Below, piece by piece: positions 45,123 to 52,923 of a DNA stretch of 53,648 nt. Source of the DNA: Escherichia virus TH29. The stretch is from sequence record MT446403.1; one strand, given 5' to 3'. The notes under the pieces were generated by a model that did not search any database, was not told where the DNA came from, and saw only the letters and a program-made list of their open reading frames with translations. Position numbers and translations under genes: made by a program. Numbering within the stretch: position 1 is the stretch's first letter; every line of letters starts with the position of its first letter.

Positions 45123-46886
45123 TTATTGATGCGGACCGTTCTTCTTAGTAAGTTGAACAATCTCTTTGGTTTCGAACAAGGAGTCGTCCCAAGAACGTTG
45201 AATGATTCGACCAGAGTCTGAGTCATAATACGTCTTGAAGCCTTCTGTCTTACCACTCTTACGGGCTTTGATAGAACGAATGATTGAACAGTTTGGGTCT
45301 ACTGCCTGACTATTACGCTCGAAGCCAAACATACCATGAGAATATTTAGCAGCAGCACGAGAGCCAGTAAAGTCTGACTTCTTGATTCGTCCACCATCTT
45401 CATGAGGTCGCTGACCTTTTGCCACAGGGTTAAGGTGCGACAAGATATTGACGTGGAACTGGTATTGGTCTGCCAGCTTAGTAATGTCTGCATACAGCTT
45501 GCCTAAGAAGTCGTTCTTCTCTGAGGCAGAAATCCCTTCCGATAAGTAGGTTAAGTTATCTAGAACAAACATATCAATGTCTGGACCAATCTGACGAAGA
45601 ATCGTCTTTAACCCATCCCAAGTTTCATAAGGGTCTTCTCCAGCTTGCTTTCGGTCCCAAATCTCCATGTTACGAAGCATCTTCGCAGCAGTTTGACGGA
45701 ACTTCGCTTCATCGTATCGAGGGTCTTCACGAGTAAACGCAGGTTCCCAATACGGCAAGTTGTCATTGAGGCCAGCCATGCGGCGCAATGTTTCCGCAGG
45801 AGTTTCCTCCATGTATGCAGTAAACACTCCCCAATCATGCTGAATGATATTGTGATGCACAATCTGTCGGGACAGTGTAGTCTTACCACCGCCTTCTGCA
45901 CCACCGATTGAGATAACTTCGGCACGACGCTGACCAAACATTAAGTCGGTTAGTTTAGTCCAGGGATAATCTACACCCTGTTCAACTTCGTCATCAAGCT
46001 CTTCCATAAGAAGTTCTTTATTGACAAGAGCTGTGGGCAGAGGACGAGCAGCACGGAATACAACAGCAGATTGAGTAGCTTTCAACAAGCCACGTTTCAA
46101 ACAGTCGTTGGCATCGTTGGCAGGAAGTGTGGCAATCATCGCACCAGGCAACAAACGACATGCTTCTTTGGCAGCTTTACGACCAGGTTCATCATCATCA
46201 AATACGATAACAACCTGCTCCCAACGTTGCTTAATTTCTTCTGCAACACGAGAAAGACATTTATGCACAGAGCTACTGCCATCACTTAAGCTAATAACAG
46301 CAAAGTCGAGGTCTTCATAAGCACTGCCACGATTCATTGTTTTAAGGATTTGACGAATAGCAATACAATCTTCTTCGCCTTCGGTAATGAATAATGTCTT
46401 ACCGCCAATGGCCTTTGCAGCCATAAAGTTATATGGGTCATTATCTTGAGTATCCCCAACTGACCACATAACCTTCTTATTTAGTAATTTGATTTTCCAA
46501 CGTACAAGTTTACCATTCTTGGTATACCCGTGAGCCAATGCGTTGGGCGTTTTCCCGTCGTATTCAGAATACAACAGTCTCACACCAGCAGCCTTCCAAA
46601 ACTCAGGCTCTATGCTTCTGTGGTCCAAATCAAATGGAGGGCAAGATGTTATTTCATCCACCTCTGCCTGAATCTCTTCTGGCGTCTTGATATGGACTTC
46701 GGGAAACTTCTCTGCATCTGTTCCATATGGATTTGGAACAAGAACACCACATGCAAAGCAAAATCCAGAATATGATGTGTTTCCAGATTCGTCCGTATTA
46801 ATCCAAACTTGCAAGGATTTTCCAGACGTAGATTTACAACCAGGTACATCGTGCTTTATCTTCGCGACGCATTGCTTAATATTCAT
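45123..46886 (-). CDS. Primase-helicase (T7 gp4-like)
   Basis: 587 aa; N-terminal zinc-binding region (PGCKS...FCFACG) and DnaB-type Walker A GGAEGGGKTT. Confidence 0.85.
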   Translation of the reverse strand: MNIKQCVAKIKHDVPGCKSTSGKSLQVWINTDESGNTSYSGFCFACGVLVPNPYGTDAEKFPEVHIKTPEEIQAEVDEITSCPPFDLDHRSIEPEFWKAAGVRLLYSEYDGKTPNALAHGYTKNGKLVRWKIKLLNKKVMWSVGDTQDNDPYNFMAAKAIGGKTLFITEGEEDCIAIRQILKTMNRGSAYEDLDFAVISLSDGSSSVHKCLSRVAEEIKQRWEQVVIVFDDDEPGRKAAKEACRLLPGAMIATLPANDANDCLKRGLLKATQSAVVFRAARPLPTALVNKELLMEELDDEVEQGVDYPWTKLTDLMFGQRRAEVISIGGAEGGGKTTLSRQIVHHNIIQHDWGVFTAYMEETPAETLRRMAGLNDNLPYWEPAFTREDPRYDEAKFRQTAAKMLRNMEIWDRKQAGEDPYETWDGLKTILRQIGPDIDMFVLDNLTYLSEGISASEKNDFLGKLYADITKLADQYQFHVNILSHLNPVAKGQRPHEDGGRIKKSDFTGSRAAAKYSHGMFGFERNSQAVDPNCSIIRSIKARKSGKTEGFKTYYDSDSGRIIQRSWDDSLFETKEIVQLTKKNGPHQ

Positions 46887-47329
46887 TAGATTTTACCTTC
46901 GTTGGCGAACTCCTTGTGCAGAGATTGCCTTATTCTTTTGGACATAACTTGAGCCTCTTCCAATGAAGAAGCCCTCATATACGTTGTCTTACCGTTGTGG
47001 CAGACCCTTACCTGGTAAGAGTTACCTACCTTACGGACGCCTTTTACACCGAGAGCGTTATTAGAGAACACTTTCCTGTTGCTGCAATTTTGCGAGCGAG
47101 TAGAGTCTCTGAGGTTGCTCGGTTCATTATTCAATGTGTTGCCATCAATGTGGTCAACCTCTTCTGGAACGTATCCATTATGAATAAAGAATACTAGGAC
47201 ATGTTTATAAATAGTATATTTATGATTATTATGCCGCATGGTTGCAGACAAATAACCTTTACCATTGAGGGTCCAAGTAAGTGTTCGGGTGCTGGCGACC
47301 TTATATATATAGCTTTTGGCTAGCTTCAT
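46886..47329 (-). CDS. HNH homing endonuclease with AP2-like DNA-binding domain
   Basis: HNH core VDHIDGNTLNNEPSNLRDSTRSQN and AP2-like GVKGVRKVGNSYQVRVCHNGKTTYMRASSLEEA; ORF 46886-47380, likely start MKLAKSY. Confidence 0.7.
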   Translation of the reverse strand: MKLAKSYIYKVASTRTLTWTLNGKGYLSATMRHNNHKYTIYKHVLVFFIHNGYVPEEVDHIDGNTLNNEPSNLRDSTRSQNCSNRKVFSNNALGVKGVRKVGNSYQVRVCHNGKTTYMRASSLEEAQVMSKRIRQSLHKEFANEGKI

Positions 47330-47349
47330 CGCCAGACCTCCTTCAACTA

Positions 47350-48000
47350 TTATTCCTGATTGGTCAGAGCCTTCCAGCAAATTGGGAATAGTTCTGACAT
47401 AATTTTATTCACTTCTTCCGCAAACAAGCGAACTTCATACTGCGCATGTTCGGAGGAACGTTGATTATACATGGATGCCCAGCCATAAAGAGAGCCAGTC
47501 CAAACCCATTCAGTCATCATGGATTGTGGCAACACCATGCGAGCTTGCTCTGGAGCAATCCCCAAACCAATTAACGTTTCATATTCTGCAATGCAAGCCT
47601 TGTTATGGCTTTCCATGCGATAATGAATATCGTCAGCAAAATCTTGTGGCAACGATTGTGCAGTCTGAGTCATCAACTTCTCAGGACGACCGAGTACAAC
47701 ATCTGGTACAAAGCATTCAATCGAGATTGCTTCACCATCTTTGTAACGACGGCTAACTTCATTCCAGCTAAAGCCAGTTTGGTGTTTGCCAAGCTGACGT
47801 GCAATGAAGAGTGGAGCTTTGCAACGCAGGGTTACTTGTGCATGACGGAATGGCGTAATGTGCTTATGCTTTGCAAGAAACTCAATCAGCTTCTCGTCAC
47901 GTAAAGATATTTCATGCGACTCTGCACCATAAGAAACTCGTGCAGCATTAACAGTTGTAAGGTCGCTGCCCATGTGGTCAACGAGTGTGGCAGTAATCAT
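47350..48000 (-). CDS. ThyX-like flavin-dependent thymidylate synthase homologue with divergent active-site motif
   Basis: 216 aa; AARVSYG, KAPLFIARQ and the overall pattern match ThyX, but the RHR(x7)S signature reads KHQTGFSWNEVS. Confidence 0.65.
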   Translation of the reverse strand: MITATLVDHMGSDLTTVNAARVSYGAESHEISLRDEKLIEFLAKHKHITPFRHAQVTLRCKAPLFIARQLGKHQTGFSWNEVSRRYKDGEAISIECFVPDVVLGRPEKLMTQTAQSLPQDFADDIHYRMESHNKACIAEYETLIGLGIAPEQARMVLPQSMMTEWVWTGSLYGWASMYNQRSSEHAQYEVRLFAEEVNKIMSELFPICWKALTNQE

Positions 48001-48056
48001 TTGCTCTCCGGTTCATATGGTGGGAGATTAATTAGCTCCGCACCATAACAATGGTA

Positions 48057-48278
48057 TTATTTTAATGACGCCTGTAGCGACGCATTTAGTACAGAACGCT
48101 TTTCATATTCGCGCTGGTTGTACGTGTTTGTCAGTGCTTCCGCAGCTTCTATTGACAAGATTGCAAAACCACCAAAGGCATTGCGAACTTCTTCAATATC
48201 CATGTGCAGGACTTCACTTGTAATTTGGCTGGCTATTACAGCCTTGTAAATCTCTTCGGCAATTTCAGCAGTTTTCAT
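48057..48278 (-). CDS. Hypothetical small acidic protein
   Basis: 73-aa ORF. Confidence 0.45.
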   Translation of the reverse strand: MKTAEIAEEIYKAVIASQITSEVLHMDIEEVRNAFGGFAILSIEAAEALTNTYNQREYEKRSVLNASLQASLK

Positions 48279-49131
48279 GTTTCTCTCCAGTTAAATTTAA
48301 GTAAGTGCCCTGACGTGGACTATTACGAACATGACAATATATTGGCTTAAATGATGTTTCCACTGCGGCCAAGACACTTATTAAATTTGATTCGAACCGC
48401 CCAAGTGAATCAGCCTTGTTTATGGGGACCATCGGGGAAAAGTATAAACCCGCTTAATACCTATGTCAGATATTAAGAACCCTGGCTTGCATATTTCATG
48501 TGAATAGGAACATAGTCTGGATTTTGAATCCAGCTAACTTCGAGAAGAGGAGTAGCTCAAACGAAAGCCTGAACTTTCTTTCGACACATCACAATCAGCG
48601 CAACTGAGCCGTATCGCTACGGTATGCCAGACGCTAACTTGAGCCTTTTGAACAGAGGCATAACTGTTTGGAAAGTGGTGGATTCGGTGAACTCCGCGTT
48701 CACAATTACACAGTCGGCCTCGGATGCTACATCCCTATCCCATCGTGCAGGTTTCATTAACTCTACGAATCCATTGAATTTGGTGACCAGTACGTTGGTC
48801 AGACGCTGTGGCCTTTACGCGGCCAACGTGCCATTAATGCTGGCAAGACAGAGCTAACGTTCTCAAGCACTTTTGTCTAGGTCTGTTCCCGGCCACTGTT
48901 CTAGGAAGTGACTACCTGAATTTCACGCATTCAATACGGGGCTTCCGTCCTCGGAGGCAGCAATTTCAATTGTTATGCCCAGAGCAATTTGCAGGAATTA
49001 CACCTGCCATACTACAAGTAGCTAGAGTCTCGTTATTTAAAGTCGCACACTCCCTCGACTATAGTATACGTGTATTTAAAGTCCCGTACCGGACTGCCAA
49101 ATGAAATGCGATGGCGAGCATTTTGTTCAAC

Positions 49132-49341
49132 TCACTGTCGGGTAAGTTTCGAACACTTTTGTGACCACGTTTCATTGTGGACTAAAATCTGGGTTTTGGT
49201 TTCGCGTGATAAAACTTTCACTTCTGCAACATCCAAATAGATTGGTTGTGCAATCAAGCAATAATCACTTACGAACCCACTTTGAGAGCAACTCACTATC
49301 GACATTGCTATCAGAACTGCTAGACACTTCTTTCTGAACAT
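49132..49341 (-). CDS. Putative small lipoprotein overlapping the upstream membrane-protein gene
   Basis: Internal start MFRKKCLAVLIAMSIVSC has a basic n-region, hydrophobic core and lipobox-like IVSC; weak RBS. Confidence 0.3.
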   Translation of the reverse strand: MFRKKCLAVLIAMSIVSCSQSGFVSDYCLIAQPIYLDVAEVKVLSRETKTQILVHNETWSQKCSKLTRQ

Positions 49342-49501
49342 GCGATTTAATCTCGATAGATTCCTTAATAGAATCGAATTGCTTCTCTTTGGCTTCCTGA
49401 CGCTCCTCGGCTTTGCCTGAGCTTCTGCCTTTGAGGAACACTGCAAAGAGAATTCCCAATGCAGTCAAGACGCCAAGAAATATTGCCTTAAGCTGTTGCA
49501 T
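49265..49501 (-). CDS. Small membrane protein with N-terminal TM helix and charged C-terminal region
   Basis: 78 aa; TM segment AIFLGVLTALGILFAVFL; ATG at 49499-49501 with GGTGA RBS. Confidence 0.5.
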   Translation of the reverse strand: MQQLKAIFLGVLTALGILFAVFLKGRSSGKAEERQEAKEKQFDSIKESIEIKSHVQKEVSSSSDSNVDSELLSKWVRK

Positions 49502-49509
49502 GAATCACC

Positions 49510-49650
49510 TTAGATGGCACACGCACCACTTGAGCAGTCGTTATCACCAGCACCAGGGACGATTGCTTCTTCGTCCTGCTTCTTCTTGAGTTCTTCAATT
49601 GCTTCTTCGGCAGCACCGAAGTCTAAGTTATCAAGTGCATCAAAATCCAT
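49510..49650 (-). CDS. Small acidic protein (46 aa, absent from the ORF track)
   Basis: Hand translation MDFDALDNLDFGAAEEAIEELKKKQDEEAIVPGAGDNDCSSGACAI; GGAG 7 nt upstream of the ATG. Confidence 0.35.
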   Translation of the reverse strand: MDFDALDNLDFGAAEEAIEELKKKQDEEAIVPGAGDNDCSSGACAI

Positions 49651-49674
49651 GAGGACTCCATGTTTGTTGTTGAG

Positions 49675-49769
49675 GGTGGACGAGGTTGGGTTCGAACCAA
49701 CGACACATCTGTTCGACAGATTGCTCTACCTGACTAAGCTCTGGAGCAGACCTTCTGAGCTACTCGTCC
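49675..49769 (-). ncRNA. tRNA-like element (possible pseudo-tRNA or non-canonical tRNA, anticodon region CGA)
   Basis: Minus strand has a perfect 7-bp acceptor-like stem (GGACGAG/CUCGUCC), T-arm GUUGG-UUCGAAC-CCAAC, D-arm-like GCUU-AGUCAGGUA-GAGC and a 4-5 bp anticodon-like stem with loop GUCGAAC, but about 21 extra nt 5' of the D-arm. Confidence 0.3.
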
Positions 49770-50569
49770 AAAATTGGGTGGGTTTTGGTAACGCAGGTTT
49801 TCCCGAACTGCGAGGCTTGTAGAATCTGTGAGTCGCCTACTGTGTTTTGACATAACATGGGATTGATGGTCCCGACTCACTTCATCTCAGGTACGAGGCA
49901 CTACTTTGCGAGTGCAAGCAGGTGTTGAACCCAAGTACCAACAGGCAACCTAATTTATTCCACCGTTGTGGAAACCATTGGTTAGAGCAGTTTATTTCCA
50001 TGCTCCGGGCAATTCACTTTAAATGAATTAAGTTTGTACTCTGTCACATCCCTACGCGCACTGAGGGACTTAAGTCTGCATTACATCGCAGAATACAAAT
50101 TAATTAATGCTCCGATTTATTAATCACATCTCGAAGCCACAATGCGCCAAATTTGGTTACGTGGGGTTGGAAGACCACGGAGAGAACTTAAATTTAATTA
50201 AGCTGCAACTCGCATTTCAGAATCATTTGCATTTATTTTAAATGAATAAAACAGTCGCAATAACTCCAGGCAGTTTAGGCCCGTCGTAAGACTCAGAAAA
50301 CTACTTCAATTTGCACACAACAAATTTCCCAACATTGCCTTCCGTCGAAGGCTCATGCAATGGTGTTTGAATTATGTACAAATTGAAGCAACTTCAATGA
50401 ACACTCTTGTCTGGGCCACGAGCTTGGGCATCGACCTACCTCCCAACTCTAATCACAAGAATGCTCATTGAAGCCCACTCACTCTGGAATGGGTTCAAGG
50501 CAGCACCGGACAACTTCCAGTGCATGCCAGATCGATTTAGCTTAGCTTCTCAAGTTTGCTCTTGGCAAC

Positions 50570-50908
50570 TTAGAATACCGGAGCTTCTTCTACAGCAGCT
50601 TCTGCTACTGCAACAGCGGCTTCTTCTTCGACCTTAACTTCTTTCACGGTGTCGAACACAGTGCGTTCAACTTCCGGACAACCAGCTTCAACCCACGGCA
50701 GGTAGAATGCCAGGAATGCAGCAGCGGTGTTGGTCTGCATTGAGCGAGAACGGTCAATCAGTTTGTTGGTGTTTGCGAACGCTTCAACAGCAGCTTCAAT
50801 TTTAGCGCCGTTTTCCAGTTTAAAATCGTGTGCGTTACACTCAGCTTCGCTCAGGAACAGGGAACCATCGTTAGCTTCGTACTGAGTTACGGTTACAATC
50901 TTAGCCAT
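50570..50908 (-). CDS. Hypothetical early protein with acidic Ala/Glu-rich C-terminus
   Basis: ORF 50570-50995; likely start MAKIVTVTQ at 50908; motif copy about 80 bp upstream. Confidence 0.5.
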   Translation of the reverse strand: MAKIVTVTQYEANDGSLFLSEAECNAHDFKLENGAKIEAAVEAFANTNKLIDRSRSMQTNTAAAFLAFYLPWVEAGCPEVERTVFDTVKEVKVEEEAAVAVAEAAVEEAPVF

Positions 50909-50985
50909 TTGTATATACCTTATATTAAATAGTTTTGCACGCCACGGTGACGTGACTGTAGATAGATTAAAGAGCCTTTCTCTTT

Positions 50986-51002
50986 TCACATCCAATTAAT
51001 GT
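50986..51002 (-). promoter_or_regulatory. Conserved motif copy tcacatCCAAtTAATGT
   Basis: One mismatch to the core; upstream of gene 50570-50908. Confidence 0.45.
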
Positions 51003-51031
51003 GTCAGGACTGCTCTGATTTAACAAACAAC

Positions 51032-51706
51032 TCAATACATATTGAATCGTTCGATTGTTTTGATTACCAAATCCTTTGTCTCAGCGACAGTGAGTTCAGT
51101 GATGATTGATTCGTCATAACCCTCAATCTGGATTGCTACAAAACGCCCAACTCCTGTTACGGTAAGTCGGTTAGTTCTGTCACGAACAACTACACCAGCT
51201 TCTTGCGCGACTGCTCGCAACAATTTCCAGCGTAAAGTTCGGTTTGGTACAGCAAAGCCCTTTGTCAAGAACAACTCTTTCATGAGTTCCCCAAGGCAAA
51301 CAGCTTCAATGTTTTGTCCTCTTCCAACTAATTCTTGCAACAGGCACAACGTCAACATTTCTAAATTGTTGAAGTGACCAGCGCGCTCCAAGTTAAAGAA
51401 CTCTGGAGGAACAGTCGAACGAGATTTAACAGCTTGCTTATATGCACGTTCTTCTTCCTGTGCAGCAAGCATCAGCATCTCTGGCTTAATGTACTTCATA
51501 GCAGAGAAGCCAGCGCGGGTGGCTTTAATTATGCGACAAGCCTCTTTCATCTTGTAGCGTTGCCACTCACCGCGCTTCGATTCTGGATTAAAATGGACCC
51601 ACATAATGATGACATCTTCCTTGGCAAGATAGACGGCATCATTATCATTGAGCCATTGCTTGCACGTTGATAGTGCAATCTCTTTGTCATCATCATGATA
51701 AGACAT
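51032..51706 (-). CDS. Hypothetical early protein
   Basis: ORF 51032-51763; likely start MSYHDDDK at 51706. Confidence 0.5.
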   Translation of the reverse strand: MSYHDDDKEIALSTCKQWLNDNDAVYLAKEDVIIMWVHFNPESKRGEWQRYKMKEACRIIKATRAGFSAMKYIKPEMLMLAAQEEERAYKQAVKSRSTVPPEFFNLERAGHFNNLEMLTLCLLQELVGRGQNIEAVCLGELMKELFLTKGFAVPNRTLRWKLLRAVAQEAGVVVRDRTNRLTVTGVGRFVAIQIEGYDESIITELTVAETKDLVIKTIERFNMY

Positions 51707-51707
51707 T

Positions 51708-52085
51708 TTAGTGGCCTTGTAGGATACGTTTGTTCGCAGTTTCTGCGTCGATTCCCAAATCAACTAATGTAACCAAGCACTGTGAAATCCGCTCTTGCGC
51801 AGCTTTCTCCAGAATTTGGTATTTTTCGTCGTTAACGCCTAACACATTCTTGGCATGAATGAGTGTAGCCATTAGGCCATGCCCCAAAGCAACTGCTTGC
51901 ATTGCCTGGAGTTCAAAGTTGATTGTGATACCAGCGAGTTCATGCTCTTTCTGGATAATCTCAATCAACTCTTCTTTCGATTTGTCTTGTAAGTTCAAAA
52001 TGGAACTCCGTACATTGGCTGGTCTGTTGTCCAGCTGTAAATGAAAGATTTGGACAGAAGATGCTCGACTGGCTTGCCGAAGCAA
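51708..52085 (-). CDS. Hypothetical early protein
   Basis: 125-aa ORF; N-terminal extent uncertain because it overlaps the upstream ORF. Confidence 0.45.
   Translation of the reverse strand: MLRQASRASSVQIFHLQLDNRPANVRSSILNLQDKSKEELIEIIQKEHELAGITINFELQAMQAVALGHGLMATLIHAKNVLGVNDEKYQILEKAAQERISQCLVTLVDLGIDAETANKRILQGH
51755..51770 (-). promoter_or_regulatory. Conserved motif copy ccaaatCAACTAATGT (variant)
   Basis: About 55 bp upstream of the MSYHDDDK start, inside the 3' end of the upstream gene. Confidence 0.35.
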
Positions 52086-52285
52086 TATTCCATGAAGGAT
52101 GGGTTGTAGGTTGCATTGTTTAACAATTCTTTAATCGAATACTTATTCATAAAGAATGCAAACTTTGAGTCGCTTCCTTCCCAACCAAATATATAAAACT
52201 TTCCACCCAAGAAAGCAAATGCTTCCATCTCTCCTGTGTGAATATTACGGGCCTTAATGACCCGGATAGAATGTTTGCGAATCAT
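51995..52285 (-). CDS. Hypothetical protein, first gene after the right-hand non-coding region
   Basis: 96-aa ORF; ATG at 52283-52285 with GGAGAG RBS. Confidence 0.5.
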   Translation of the reverse strand: MIRKHSIRVIKARNIHTGEMEAFAFLGGKFYIFGWEGSDSKFAFFMNKYSIKELLNNATYNPSFMEYCFGKPVEHLLSKSFIYSWTTDQPMYGVPF

Positions 52286-52923
52286 AGGAACTCTCCAATT
52301 TTCGATTCGATGTTTGTGACGCTTCTCTCATCTTTTGGCCTTGTGGAAACAGCCACAGGGTAGCGCAGGAAGCCCGATTTCCGGGCCGTAGCCTACCGTT
52401 TGTGTCAATTCTGGATAACTGCATTGGCGAAGGGTTACTCCCGTTAGGGTGCGATACGCTAATCACATGAGTGTCGTCGCCTTACGGCTCAGGCGTGTCA
52501 CAGAGGCTTTGCAACCCTTCCCAATACATTCACCCAAATACCAGCTTTGGCGTAGCTGGTGGCTCTGTTTTGTGCGGATTATGCCACTCTAAGCCCTGTT
52601 TGTCCGACTTCCTCGGAGCACCAGCGGCTTGTGGCACAAACCTATTTTAGAATGACTAACATAAGCATGAGGCATAACCCTCTAATTATTCAGCCCTAAC
52701 AGCTTGCTTATTCAGTACCAATTCAACCCAATACATACACAACTATATACAATAGCGAACTATCTGCGAAAACTATCCGGCCCTATGGCCTAAGTTAAAG
52801 TTAATAGTGTGTGATGGAAACATTCCATCGAAAATAACTTTGCAGAATGAGTCGAACATTCTCACACGTCTAGCGGCCGCAACGGTCTACCGAGTTACAA
52901 AGTTATTATCTGATGTTGTTTCT

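Noticed and set aside
48380-48530. Canonical tRNA genes suggested by T-loop-like strings (GGTTCGAATC on the minus strand at 48389-48398; CTGGA-TTTTGAA-TCCAG hairpin at 48517-48533)
   Set aside because: No complementary T-stem or acceptor stem could be found by hand around either; left as unverified pending tRNAscan-SE/ARAGORN.
52254-52466. ORF 52254-52466 (70 aa) as the first early gene
   Set aside because: Lies in GC-rich structured leader sequence, overlaps the start of gene 51995-52285 and lacks an RBS.
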